Of a stretch of 64,000 bases of DNA, positions 13,701-27,500 are shown one piece after another. Every line of letters begins with the position of its first letter. The stretch's first letter is position 1. The DNA comes from Eledone cirrhosa (Eukaryota), in contig OZ024741.1 in the NCBI GenBank assembly GCA_964016885.1, positions 72,726,001-72,790,000 of the forward strand, given 5' to 3'. The position numbers were made by a program, and so were the translations under genes. The notes under the pieces were generated by a model. That model made no database searches, was not told the origin of the DNA, and was given only the letters and a program-made list of their open reading frames with translations.

Positions 13701-13808
13701 GTTACTTTAGTTGTTGTTGTTACTTTAGTTGTTGTTGATAGTTTAGTTGTTGTTGTTACTTTAGTTGTTCTTGTTACTTTAGTTGTTGTTGTTACTTTAG
13801 TTGTTGTT
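10770..13808. repeat. Copy 2 of the 10,769-bp-offset block
   Basis: Carries the same rare markers in the same order as 1-3039 (GTCAATTTAG...ATATTAG, ACTTTCGTT, GATAGTTTATATGTT, ACCGTAG, AATAGTGTAGG, GTGGATAGTTTTGTT, TTAAAAGTTTAGG). One substitution was noted: TTTAGTTG near 648 versus TTTAGGTG near 11417. Confidence 0.93.
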
Positions 13809-14399
13809 GTTACTTTAGTTGTTGTTGATAGTTTAGGTGTTGGTGTTGCTTTAGTTATTGTTGATAGTTTAGGTGTTGTTGTTACTTTAGTTGTTGTTGT
13901 TACTTTAGTTGTTGTTGTTACATTAGTTGTTGTTGTTACTTTAGTTGTTGTTGTTACTTTAGTTGTTGTTGATAGTTAAGTGGTTGTTATTACTTTACTT
14001 GTCGTTTATAATTTAGTTGTTGTTGTTACTTTAGTTGTCTTTGATAGTTTAGTTGTTGTTACTTTAGTTGTTGTTGTTACTTTAGTTGTTGTAGATAATT
14101 TAGATGTTGTTAATTTAGTTGTTGTTGTTACTTTAGTTTTGTTGATAGTTAGGTTGTTGTTGTTACTTTAGTTGTTGTTGTTACATTAGTTGTTGTTGTT
14201 ACTTTAGTTGTTGTTGTTATTTAGTTGTTGTTGTTACTTTAGTTGTTGTTGATAGTTTAGTTGTTGGTGTTGCTTTAGATGTTGTTGTTAATTTAGTTGT
14301 TGTTGTTACTTTAGTTATTGTTGATAGTTTAGTTGTTGTTGTTACTTTAGTTGTTTTTGTTACATTAGTTGTTGTTGTTACTTTAGTTGTTGTTGTTAC

Positions 14400-16990
14400 T
14401 TTAGTTGTTGTTGATAGTTTAGTTGTTGTTGTTACTTTAGTTGTTCTTGTTACTTTAGTTGTTGTTAATAATTTAGTTGTTCTTGTTACTTTAGTTGTTG
14501 TTGATAGTTTAGTTGTTGTTGTTACTTTAGTTGTTGTTGTTACTTTAGTTGTTGTTGTTACTTTAGTTGTTGTTGATAGTTTAGTTGTTGCTGTTGCTTT
14601 TGTTATTGTTGATAATTTAGGTGTTGTTGTTAATTTAGTTGTTGTTGTTACCGTAGTTGTTGTTGTTGCTTTAGTAGTTGTTACTTTAGTTGTTGTTACT
14701 TTAGTTGTTGTTGTTACTTTAGTTGTTGTTGTTACTTTAGTTGTTGTTGATAGTATAGTTGTTGTTGTTGCTTTAGTTATTGTTGTTACTTTAGTTGTTG
14801 TTACTTTAGTTGTTGTTGTTACTTTAGTTGTTGTAGATAGTTTAGATGTTGTTAATTTAGTTGTTGTTGTTACTTTAGTTTTGTTGATAGTTTAGTTGTT
14901 GTTATTACTTTAGTTGTTGTTGTTACATTAGTTGTTGTTGTTACTTTAGTTGTTGTTGTTACTTTAGTTGTAGTTGATAGTTTAGTTGTTGTTACTTTAG
15001 TTGTTGTTACTTTAGTTGTTGTTGAAAGTTTAGTTGTTCTTGTTACTTTAGTTGTCGTTTATAGTTTAGTTGTTGTTGTTACTTTAGTTGTCATTGATAG
15101 TTCAGTTGTTGTTGTTACTTTAGTTGTTGTTGTTACTTTAGTTGTTGTTGTTACTTTAGTTGTTGTTTTTACTTTAGTTGTTGTTGATAGTTTAGTTGTT
15201 GGTGTTGCTTTAGTTATTGTTAATAGTTTAGGTGTTGTTGTTACTTTAGTTGTTGTTGTTACTGTAGTTGTTGTTGTTACTTTAGTTCTTGTTACTTTAG
15301 TTGTTGTTGTTACTTTAGTTGTTGTTGTTACTTTAGTTGTTGTTGTTACATTAGTTGTTGTTGTTACTTTAGTTGTTGTTGTTACTTTAGTTGTTGTTGA
15401 TAGTTTAGTTGTTGTTATTACTTTACTTGTCGTTTATAGTTTAGTTGTTGTTGTTACTTTAGTTGTCTTTGATAGTTTAGTTGTTGTTGTTACTTTAGTT
15501 GTTGTTGTTACATTAGTTGTTGTTGTTACTTTAGTTGTTGTTGTTATTTAGTTGTTGTTGTTACTTTAGTTGTTGTTGATAGTTTAGTTGTTGGTGTTGC
15601 TTTAGATGTTGTTGTTAATTTAGTTGTTGTTGTTACTTTAGTTATTGTTGATAGTTTAGGTGTTGTTGTTACTTTAGATGTTGTTGTTAATTTAGTTGTT
15701 GTTGTTACTTTAGTTTTGATGATAGTTTAGTTGTTGTTGTTACTGTAGTTGTTGTTGTTACTTTAGTTGTAGTTACTTTAGTTGTTGTTGTTACTTTAGT
15801 TGTTGTTGTTTCTTTAGTTGTTGTTGATAGTTTAGTTGTTGTTGTTACTTTAGTTGTTCTTGTTACTTTAGTTGTTGTTAATAATTTAGTTGTTCTTGTT
15901 ACTTTAGTTGTTGTTGATAGTTTAGTTGTTGTTGTTACTTTAGTTGTTGTTGTTACTTTAGTTGTTGTTGTTACTTTAGTTGTTGTTGATAGTTTAGTTG
16001 TTGGTGTTGCTTTTGTTATTGTTGATAATTTAGGTGTTGTTGTTAATTTAGTTGTTGTTGTTACCGTAGTTGTTGTTGTTACTTTAGTAGTTGTTACTTT
16101 AGTTGTTGTTACTTTAGTTGTTGTTGTTACTTTAGTTGTTGTTGTTACTTTAGTTGTTGTTGATAGTATAGTTGTTGTTGTTGCTTTAGTTAATGTTGTT
16201 ACTTTAGTTGTTGTTACTTTAGTTGTTGTTGTTACTTTAGTTGTTGTAGATAGTTTAGATGTTGTTAATTTAGTTGTTGTTGTTACTTTAGTTTTGTTGA
16301 TAGTTTAGTTGTTGTTATTACTTTAGTTGTTGTTGTTACATTAGTTGTTGTTGTTACTTTAGTTGTTGTTGTTACTTTAGTTGTTGTTGATAGTTTAGTT
16401 GTTGTTACTTTAGTTGTTGTTACTTTAGTTGTTGTTAATAGTTTAGTTGTTGTTGTTACTTTAGTTGTTGTTGAAAGTTTAGTTGTTCTTGTTACTTTAG
16501 TTGTCGTTTATAGTTTAGTTGTTGTTGTTACTTTAGTTGTCATTGATAGTTTAGTTGTTGTTGTTACTTTAGTTGTTGTTGTTACTTTAGTTGTTGTTGT
16601 TACTTTAGTTGTTGTTTTTACTTTAGTTGTTGTTGATAGTTTAGTTGTTGGTGTTGCTTTAGTTATTGTTAATAGTTTAGGTGTTGTTGTTACTTTAGTT
16701 GTTGTTGTTACTGTAGTTGTTGTTGTTACTTTAGTTGTTGTTACTTTAGTTGTTGTTGTTACTTTAGTTGTTGTTGTTACTTTAGTTGTTGTTGTTACAT
16801 TAGTTGTTGTTGTTACTTTGGTTGTTGTTGTTACTTTAGTTGTTGTTGATAGTTTAGTTGTTGTTATTACTTTACTTGTCGTTTATAGTTTAGTTGTTGT
16901 TGTTACTTTAGGTGTCTTTGATAGTTTAGTTGTTGTTGTTACTTTAGTTGTTGTTGTTACTTTAGTTGTTGTTGTTACTTTAGTTGTTGT
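14400..16990. repeat. ~1.41-1.45-kb tandem duplication
   Basis: GTTAATAATTTAGTTGTTCTTG at ~14464/15877; GCTTTTGTTATTGTTGATAATTTAGG at ~14596/16009; GTCATTGATAG at ~15090/16539; CTTTACTTGTCGTTTATAG at ~15421/16870. Confidence 0.8.
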
Positions 16991-18590
16991 TGATAGTTTA
17001 GTTGTTGGTGTTGCTTTAGTTATTGTTGATAGTTTAGGTGTTGTTGTTACTTTAGTTGTTGTTGTTACTGTAGTTGTTGTTGTTACTTTAGTTGTTGTTG
17101 ATAGTATAGTTGTTGTTGTTGCTTTAGTTGTTGTTGCTACTTTAGTTGTTGTAGATAATTTAGATGTTGTTAATTTAGTTGTTGTTGTTACTTTAGTTTT
17201 GTTGATAGTTTAGTTGTTGTTGTTACTTTAGTTGTTGGTGTTACATTAGTTGTTGTTGTTACTTTAGTTGTTGTTGTTATTTAGTTGTTGTTGATAGTTT
17301 AGTTGTTGTTTTTACTTTAGTTGTTGTTGTTACTTTAGGTGTTGTTGTTACTTTAGTTGTTGTTGTTACTTTAGTTGTTGTTGATAGTTTAGGTGTTGTT
17401 GTTAATGTAGTTGTTGTTGTTACCGTAGTTGTTGTTGTTACTTTAGTAGTTGTTACTTTAGTTGTTGTTACTTTAGTTGTTGTTGTTACTTTAGTTGTTG
17501 TTACTTTAGTTGTTGTTGATAGTTTAGTTGTTGTTGTTACTTTAGTTGTTGTTAATAGTTTAGTTGTTGTTGTTACTTTAGTTGTTGTTGAAAGTTTAGT
17601 TGTTGTTGTTACTTTAGTTGTCGTTTATAGTTTAGTTGTTGTTGTTACTTTAGTTGTCGTTGATAGTTTAGTTGTTGTTGTTACTTTAGTTGTTGTTGTT
17701 ACTTTAGTTGTTGTTGTTACTTTAGTTGTGGAACTTTAGTTGTTGTTACTTTAGTTGTTGTTGATAGTATAGTTGTTGTTGTTCCTTTAGTTGTTGTTGT
17801 TACTTTAGTTGTTGTAGAAAATTTAGATGTTGTTGTTAATTTAGTTGTTGTTGTTACTTTAGTTTTGTTGATAGTTTAGTTGTTGTTGTTACTTTAGTTG
17901 TTGTTAATAGTTTAGTTGTTGTTGTTGTTACTGTAGTTGTTGTTGCTGTTACTTTAGTTGTTGTCGTTACTTTAGTTGTTGTTGATAGTTTAGTTGTTGT
18001 TGTTACTGTAGTTGTTGTTAATAGTTTAGTTGTTGTTGTTGTTACTGTAGTTGTTGTTGTTGTTACTTTAGTTGTTGTCGTTACTATAGTTGTTCTTACT
18101 GTAGTTGTTGTTGTTACTTTAGTTGTTGTTGTTTCTTTATTTGTTGTTGATAGTTTAGTTGTTGTTGTTACTTTAATTTTAGTTGTTTCTTTAGTTGTTG
18201 TTGTACTTTAGTTGCTGTTGATAGTTTAGTTGTTGTTGATAGTTTAGTTGTTGTTAGTTTAGTTGTTGTTTATAATTTAGTTGTTGTTGTTACTTTAGTT
18301 GTTGTTGATAGTTTAATTGTTGTTGTCGCTTTAGTTGTTGTTGTTACTTTAGTTGTTGTTACTTTAGTTATTGTTGATACTTTAGTTGCTGTTGTTACTT
18401 TAGTTGTTGTTACTTTAGTTGTTGTTGATAGTTTAGTTGTTGTTGTTACTTTAGTTATTTTTACTTTAGTTGTTGTTGATAGTTTAGTTGTTGTTGATAT
18501 TTTAGTTGTTGTTGTTGTTACTTTAGTTGTTGTTACTTTAATTGTTGTTGTTGCTTTAGTTGTTATTGTTACTTTAGATGTTCTTGCTGG

Positions 18591-21500
18591 TTTAGTTGTT
18601 GTTGACAGTTTAGTTGTTGTTGTTACTTTAGTTGTTGTTGTTACTTTAGTTGTTGTTATTATTTAGTTGTTGTTGATAGTTTAGTTGTCGTTGTTACTGT
18701 AGTTTTCGTTGTTACTTTAGTTGTTGTTGTTACTTTAGTTATTGTTGACAGTTTAGTTTTTGTTACTTCAGCTGTTGTTATTACTTTAGTTTTTGTTGAT
18801 AGTTTAGTTGTTGTCGTTACTTTAGTTGTTGTTGTTACTTTAATTGTTGTTGTTACTTTAGTTGTTGTTGATAGTTTAGTTGTTGTTGTTGCTTTAGTTG
18901 TTGATCCTTTAGTTGTTGTTACTTTAGTTGTTGTTGTTACTTTAGTTGTTGTTGATAGTTTAATTATTGTTGTTGATAGTTTAGTTGTTGTTGTTACTTT
19001 AGTTGTTGATGTTACTTTAGTTGTTGTTGATAGGTTAGTTGTTGTTGATATGTTTAGTTGTTTTTGATAGTTTAGTTGTTGTTGTTGCTTTAGTTGTTGT
19101 TGATAGTTTAGTTGTTGTTGTTACTTTAGTTGTTGTTACTTTAGTTGTTGTTTATAGTTTAGTTGTTGTTCTTACTTTAGTTGTTGTAGATAGTTTAGTT
19201 GTTGTTGTTGCTTTAGTTGCTGTTACTTTAGTTGTTGTTGATAATTTTGTTGTTGTTGTTACTTTAGTTATTGTTGTTACTTTAGTTGTTGTTGTTACTT
19301 TAGTTGTTGTTGATAATTTAGTTGTTTTTGATAGTTTAGTTGTTGTTGTTACTTTAGTTATTGTTGTTACTTTAGTTGTTGTTGTTACTTTAGTTGCTGT
19401 TGATAGTTTAGTTGTTGTTGTTGTTTATTTAGTTGTTGTTACGTTAGTTGTTGTTTATAGTTTAGTTGTTGCTGTTACTGTAGTTGTTGTTGTTACATTA
19501 GTTGTTTTTTTATAATTTAGTTGTTGTTGTTACTTTAGGTGTTGTTACTTTAGTCGTTGTTATTTCTTTATTTGTTGTTGATAGTTTAGTTGTTGTTGAT
19601 AGTTTAGTTGTTGTTGTTGCTTTAGGTGTTGTTACTTTAGTCGTTATTGTTACTTTAGAAGTTGTTGTTATTTAGTAGTTGTTGTTACTTTAGTTATCGT
19701 TGTTACTTTAGTTGTTGTTGATAGTTTAGTTGTTGTTGATAGTTTAGTTGTTGTTGTTACATTTGTTGTTGTTGTTACTTTAGTTGTTGTTGATAGTTTA
19801 GTTGTTGTTGTTACTTTAGTTGTTTTTGATAGTTTAATTGGTGTTGTTGCTTTAGTTGTTGTTACTTTAGTTGTTGTTACTTTAGTTGTTGTTGATACTT
19901 TAGTTGCTGTTGTTACTGTAGTTGTTGTTACTTTAGTTGTTGTTGATAGTTTACTTGTTGTTGATAATTTAGTTGCTGTTTGTACTTTAGTTGTTGTTGA
20001 TAGATTAGTTGTTGTTCTTGCTTTAGTTGTTGTTGTTACTTTAGTAGTTATTGTTACTTTATTGGTGTTGTTATTTAGTTGTTGTTGATAGTTTAGTTGT
20101 CTTTGTTACAGTAGTTGTAGTTGTTACTTTAGTTGGTGTTGTTTCTTTAGTTGTTGTTGATAGTTTAGTTGTTGTTGTTGCTTTAGTTGTTGATACTTTA
20201 GTTGTTGTTACTTTAGTTGTAGTTATTTTAATTCTTGTGGTTACTTTAGTTGTTGTTGTTACTATAGTTGTTGTTGATAGTTTAGTTGTTGTTGTTACTT
20301 TAGTTGTTGTTGATAGTTTAGTTGTTGTTGTTGTTACTGTAGTTGTTGTTGATAATTTAGTTGTTGTTGTTGTTACTGTAGTTGTTGTTGTTACTTTAGT
20401 TGTTGTTGTTACTTTAGTTGTTGTTGTTACTATAGTTGTTCTTACAGTAGTTGTTGTTGTTACTTTAGTTGTTGTTGTTTCTTTATTTGTTGTTGATAGT
20501 TTAGTTGTTGTTGTTTCTTTAGTTGTTGTTACTTTAGTTGTTTTTGATAGTTTAGTTGTTGTTGATAGTCTAGGTGTTGTTGTTTTGTTAGTTGTTGTTT
20601 CTTTAGTTGTTGTTGTTACTTTAGTTGTTGTTTTGGCTTTAGTTGTTTTTGTTACTTTAGATGTTGTTGTTACTTTAGTTGTTGTTACTTTAGTTGTCCT
20701 TGCTGCTTTAGTTGTTGTTGATAGTTTAGTTGTTTTTGTTGCTTTAGTTGTTGTTACTTTAGTTGTTGTTGATAGTTTAGTTGTTGTTGATAGTTTAGTT
20801 GTTGTTGTTCCTTTAGTTGTTGTTACTTTAGTTGTTGTTGATAGTTTACTTGTTGTTGTTACATTAGTTGTTATTGATAGTCTAGATGTTGTTGTTTTGT
20901 TAGTTGTTGTTTCTATAGTTGTTGTTGTTACTTTAGTTGTTGTTGATAGTTTAGTTGTTTTTAGTTTAGTTGTTGTTTATAATTTAGTTTTTGTTGTTAC
21001 TTTAGTTGTTGTTGATAGTTTAATTGTTGTTGTTGCTTTAGTTGTTGTTGTTACTTTAGTTGTTGTTACTTTAGTTGTTGTTGATACTTTAGTTGCTGTT
21101 GTTACTGTAGTTGTTGTTACTTTAGTTGTTGTTGATAGTTAAGTTGTTGTTGTTACTTTAGTTATTTTTACTTTAGTTGTTGTTGATAGTTTAGTTGTTG
21201 TTGATATTTTAGTTGTTGTTGTTACTTTAGTTGTTGTTACTTTAATTGTTGTTGTTGCTTTAGTTGTTATTGTTACTTTAGTTGTTGTTGTTATTTAGTT
21301 GTTGTTGATAGTTTAGTTGTTGTTGTTACTTTAGTTGTTGTTGTTACTTTAGTTGTTGTTGTTATTTAGTTGTTGTTGATAGTTTAGTTGTCGTTGTTAC
21401 TGTAGTTTTCGTTGTTACTTTAGTTGTTGTTGTTACTTTAGTTATTGTTGACAGTTTAGTTGTTGTTACTTCAGCTGTTGTGATTACTTTAGTTTTTGTT

Positions 21501-24500
21501 GATAGTTTAGTTGTTGTCGTTACTTTAGTTGTTGTTGTTCCTTTAATTGTTGTTGTTACTTTAGTTGTTGTTGATAGTTTAGTTGTTGTTGTTGCTTTAG
21601 TTGTTGTTCCTTTAGTTGTTGTTGTTACTTTAGTTGTTGTTGATAGTTTAATTGTTGTTGTTGATAGTTTAGTTGTTGTTGTTACTTTAGTTGTTGATAT
21701 TACTTTAGTTGTTGTTGATAGTTTAGTTGTTGTTGATATGTTTAGTTGTTTTTGATAGTTTAGTTGTTGTTGTTACTTTAGTTGTTGTTACTTTAGTTGT
21801 TGTTTATAGTTTAGTTGTTGTTGTTACTTTAGTTGTAGATAGTTTAGTTGTTGTTGTTGCTTTAGTTGCTGTTACTTTAGTTGTTGTTGATAATTTTGTT
21901 GTTGTTGTTACTTTAGTTATTGTTGTTACTTTAGTTTTTGTTGTTACTTTAGTTGTTGTTGATAATTTAGTTGTTTTTGATAGTTTAGTTGTTGTTGTTA
22001 CTTTAGTTGTTGTTGTTACTTTAGTTGTTGTTGATAATTTAGTTGTTTTTGATAGTTTAGTTGTTGTGGTTACTTTAGTTATTGTTGTTACTTTAGTTGT
22101 TGTTACTTTAGTTGTTGTTTTTACTTTAGTTGCTGTTGATAGTTTAGTTGTTGTTGTTGTTTCTTTAGTTGTTGTTACTTTAGTGTTGTTGTTACTTTAG
22201 TTGCTGTTGATAGTTTAATTATTGTTGTTGCTTTAGTTGTTGTTACATTAGTTGTTGTTGATACTTTTTTTGTTGTTGATAGTTTAGTTGTTGTTGATAG
22301 TTTAGTTGTTGTTGTTAATTTAGTTGTTGTTACTTTAGTTGTTGTTGTTGCTTTAGTTGCTGTTGATAATTTAGTTGTTGTTGTTACTTTAGTTGTTGTT
22401 GTTACGTTAGTTGTTGTTGATAGTTTAATTGTTGTTGTTGATAGTTTAGTTGTTGTTGATAGTTTAGTTGCTGTTGTTACTTTAATTGTTGTTGATAGTT
22501 TAGTTGTTGTTGTTGCTTTAGTTGTTGTTGTTACTTTAGTTGTTGTTGTTGTTACTTTAGTTGTTGTTACTTTAGTTGTTGTTGATAGTTTAGCTGTTGT
22601 TGCTTTAGTTGTTGTTGATAATTTAGTTGTTGTTGTTAATTAAGTTGTTTTTGATAATTTAGTTGTTGTTGTTACTTTAGTTATTGTTGTTACTTTAGTT
22701 GTTGGTGATAATTTAATTGTTGTTGATAGTTTAGTTGTTGTTCCTTTAGTTGATGTTACTTTATTTGTTGTTGATACTTTAGTTGTTGTTGTTACTTTAG
22801 TTGTTGATAATTTAGTTGTTGTTGTTACTTTAGTTGTTGTTGATAGTTTAGTTGTTGTTGTTGCTTTAGTTGTTGTTGATACTTTACTTGTTGTTACTTT
22901 AGTTGTTGTTGTTACGTTAGTTGTTGTTGTTACTTTAGTTGTTGTTACGTGAGTTGTTGTTGATAGTTTAGTTGTTGTTGTTACTTAAGTTGTTGTTGTT
23001 ACTTTAGTTGTTGTTGATAGTTTAGTTGATGTTGTTACTTTAGTTGTTGTTGTTACTTTAGTTGTTGTTGTTATTTAGTTGTTGTTGATAGTTTAGTTGT
23101 CGTTGTTACTGTAGTTTTCGTTGTTACTTTAGTTGTTGTTGTTACTTTAGTTATTGTTGACAGTTTAGTTGTTGTTACTTCAGCTGTTGTTATTACTTTA
23201 GTTTTTGTTGATAGTTTAGTTGTTGTCGTTACTTTAGTTGTTGTTGTTACTTTAATTGATGTTGTTACTTTCTTTGTTGTTGATAGTTTAGTTGTTGTTG
23301 TTGCTTTAGTTGTTGTTCCTTTAGTTGTTGTTACTTTAGTTGTTGTTGTTACTTTAGTTGTTGTTGATAGTTTAATTGTTGTTGTTGATAGTTTAGTTGT
23401 TGTTGTTACTTTAGTTGTTGATATTACTTTAGTTGTTGTTGATAGTTTAGTTGTTGTTGACATGTTTAGTTGTTTTTGATAGTTTAGTTGTTGTTGTTGC
23501 TTTAGTTGTTGTTGATAGTTTAGTTTTTGTTGTTACTTTAGTTGTTGTTACTTTAGTTGTTGTTTATAGTTTAGTTGTTGTTGTTACTTTAGTTGTAGAT
23601 AGTTTAGTTGTTGTTATTGCTTTAGTTGCTGTTACTTTAGTTGTTGTTGATAATTTTGTTGTTGTTGTTACTTTAGTTATTGTTGTTACTTTAGTTGTTG
23701 TTGTTACTTTAGTTGTTGTTGATAGTTTAGTTGTTGTTGTTACTTTAGTTATTTTTACTTTAGTTGTTGTTGATAGTTTAGTTGTTGTTGATATTTTAGT
23801 TGTTGTTGTTACTTTAGTTGTTGTTACTTTAATTGTTGTTGTTGCTTTAGTTGTTATTGTTACTTTAGTTGTTGTTGTTATTTAGTTGTTGTTGATAGTT
23901 TAGTTGTTGTTGTTACTTTAGTTGTTGTTGTTACTTTAGTTGTTGTTGTTATTTAGTTGTTGTTGATAGTTTAGTTGTCGTTGTTACTGTAGTTTTCGTT
24001 GTTACTTTAGTTGTTGTTGTTACTTTAGTTATTGTTGACAGTTTAGTTGTTGTTACTTCAGCTGTTGTTATTACTTTAGTTTTTGTTGATAGTTTAGTTG
24101 TTGTCGTTACTTTAGTTGTTGTTGTTACTTTAATTGTTGTTGTTACTTTAGTTGTTGTTGATAGTTTAGTTGTTGTTGTTGCTTTAGTTGTTGATCCTTT
24201 AGTTGTTGTTACTTTAGTTGTTGTTGTTACTTTAGTTGTTGTTGATAGTTTAATTATTGTTGTTGATAGTTTAGTTGTTGTTGTTACTTTAGTTGTTGAT
24301 GTTACTTTAGTTGTTGTTGATAGGTTAGTTGTTGTTGATATGTTTAGTTGTTTTTGATAGTTTAGTTGTTGTTCTTGCTTTAGTTGTTGTTGATAGTTTA
24401 GTTGTTGTTGTTACTTTAGTTGTTGTTACTTTAGTTGTTGTTTATAGTTTAGTTGTTGTTCTTACTTTAGTTGTTGTAGATAGTTTAGTTGTTGTTGTTG

Positions 24501-27500
24501 CTTTAGTTGCTGTTACTTTAGTTGTTGTTGATAATTTTGTTGTTGTTGTTACTTTAGTTATTGTTGTTACTTTAGTTGTTGTTGTTACTTTAGTTGTTGT
24601 TGATAATTTAGTTGTTTTTGATAGTTTAGTTGTTGTTGTTACTTTAGTTATTGTTGTTACTTTAGTTGTTGTTGTTACTTTAGTTGCTGTTGATAGTTTA
24701 GTTGTTGTTGTTGTTTATTTAGTTGTTGTTACGTTAGTTGTTGTTTATAGTTTAGTTGTTGCTGTTACTGTAGTTGTTGTTGTTACATTAGTTGTTTTTT
24801 TATAATTTAGTTGTTGTTGTTACTTTAGGTGTTGTTACTTTAGTCGTTGTTATTTCTTTATTTGTTGTTGATAGTTTAGTTGTTGTTGATAGTTTAGTTG
24901 TTGTTGTTGCTTTAGGTGTTGTTACTTTAGTCGTTATTGTTACTTTAGAAGTTGTTGTTATTTAGTAGTTGTTGTTACTTTAGTTATCGTTGTTACTTTA
25001 GTTGTTGTTGATAGTTTAGTTGTTGTTGATAGTTTAGTTGTTGTTGTTACATTTGTTGTTGTTGTTACTTTAGTTGTTGTTGATAGTTTAGTTGTTGTTG
25101 TTACTTTAGTTGTTTTTGATAGTTTAATTGGTGTTGTTGCTTTAGTTGTTGTTACTTTAGTTGTTGTTACTTTAGTTGTTGTTGATACTTTAGTTGCTGT
25201 TGTTACTGTAGTTGTTGTTACTTTAGTTGTTGTTGATAGTTTACTTGTTGTTGATAATTTAGTTGCTGTTTGTACTTTAGTTGTTGTTGATAGATTAGTT
25301 GTTGTTCTTGCTTTAGTTGTTGTTGTTACTTTAGTAGTTATTGTTACTTTATTGGTGTTGTTATTTAGTTGTTGTTGATAGTTTAGTTGTCTTTGTTACA
25401 GTAGTTGTAGTTGTTACTTTAGTTGGTGTTGTTTCTTTAGTTGTTGTTGATAGTTTAGTTGTTGTTGTTGCTTTAGTTGTTGATACTTTAGTTGTTGTTA
25501 CTTTAGTTGTAGTTATTTTAATTCTTGTGGTTACTTTAGTTGTTGTTGTTACTATAGTTGTTGTTGATAGTTTAGTTGTTGTTGTTACTTTAGTTGTTGT
25601 TGATAGTTTAGTTGTTGTTGTTGTTACTGTAGTTGTTGTTGATAATTTAGTTGTTGTTGTTGTTACTGTAGTTGTTGTTGTTACTTTAGTTGTTGTTGTT
25701 ACTTTAGTTGTTGTTGTTACTATAGTTGTTCTTACAGTAGTTGTTGTTGTTACTTTAGTTGTTGTTGTTTCTTTATTTGTTGTTGATAGTTTAGTTGTTG
25801 TTGTTTCTTTAGTTTTTGTTACTTTAGTTGTTTTTGATAGTTTAGTTGTTGTTGATAGTCTAGGTGTTGTTGTTTTGTTAGTTGTTGTTTCTTTAGTTGT
25901 TGTTGTTACTTTAGTTGTTGTTTTGGCTTTAGTTGTTTTTGTTACTTTAGATGTTGTTGTTACTTTAGTTGTTGTTACTTTAGTTGTCCTTGCTGCTTTA
26001 GTTGTTGTTGATAGTTTAGTTGTTTTTGTTGCTTTAGTTGTTGTTACTTTAGTTGTTGTTGATAGTTTAGTTGTTGTTGATAGTTTAGTTGTTGTTGTTC
26101 CTTTAGTTGTTGTTACTTTAGTTGTTGTTGATAGTTTACTTGTTGTTGTTACATTAGTTGTTATTGATAGTCTAGATGTTGTTGTTTTGTTAGTTGTTGT
26201 TTCTATAGTTGTTGTTGTTACTTTAGTTGTTGTTGATAGTTTAGTTGTTTTTAGTTTAGTTGTTGTTTATAATTTAGTTTTTGTTGTTACTTTAGTTGTT
26301 GTTGATAGTTTAATTGTTGTTGTTGCTTTAGTTGTTGTTGTTACTTTAGTTGTTGTTACTTTAGTTGTTGTTGATACTTTAGTTGCTGTTGTTACTGTAG
26401 TTGTTGTTACTTTAGTTGTTGTTGATAGTTTAGTTGTTGTTGTTACTTTAGTTATTTTTACTTTAGTTGTTGTTGATAGTTTAGTTGTTGTTGATATTTT
26501 AGTTGTTGTTGTTACTTTAGTTGTTGTTACTTTAATTGTTGTTGTTGCTTTAGTTGTTATTGTTACTTTAGTTGTTGTTGTTATTTAGTTGTTGTTGATA
26601 GTTTAGTTGTTGTTGTTACTTTAGTTGTTGTTGTTACTTTAGTTGTTGTTGTTATTTAGTTGTTGTTGATAGTTTAGTTGTCGTTGTTACTGTAGTTTTC
26701 GTTGTTACTTTAGTTGTTGTTGTTACTTTAGTTATTGTTGACAGTTTAGTTGTTGTTACTTCAGCTGTTGTGATTACTTTAGTTTTTGTTGATAGTTTAG
26801 TTGTTGTCGTTACTTTAGTTGTTGTTGTTCCTTTAATTGTTGTTGTTACTTTAGTTGTTGTTGATAGTTTAGTTGTTGTTGTTGCTTTAGTTGTTGTTCC
26901 TTTAGTTGTTGTTGTTACTTTAGTTGTTGTTGATAGTTTAATTGTTGTTGTTGATAGTTTAGTTGTTGTTGTTACTTTAGTTGTTGATATTACTTTAGTT
27001 GTTGTTGATAGTTTAGTTGTTGTTGATATGTTTAGTTGTTTTTGATAGTTTAGTTGTTGTTGTTACTTTAGTTGTTGTTACTTTAGTTGTTGTTTATAGT
27101 TTAGTTGTTGTTGTTACTTTAGTTGTAGATAGTTTAGTTGTTGTTGTTGCTTTAGTTGCTGTTACTTTAGTTGTTGTTGATAATTTTGTTGTTGTTGTTA
27201 CTTTAGTTATTGTTGTTACTTTAGTTTTTGTTGTTACTTTAGTTGTTGTTGATAATTTAGTTGTTTTTGATAGTTTAGTTGTTGTTGTTACTTTAGTTGT
27301 TGTTGTTACTTTAGTTGTTGTTGATAATTTAGTTGTTTTTGATAGTTTAGTTGTTGTGGTTACTTTAGTTATTGTTGTTACTTTAGTTGTTGTTACTTTA
27401 GTTGTTGTTTTTACTTTAGTTGCTGTTGATAGTTTAGTTGTTGTTGTTGTTTCTTTAGTTGTTGTTACTTTAGTGTTGTTGTTACTTTAGTTGCTGTTGA

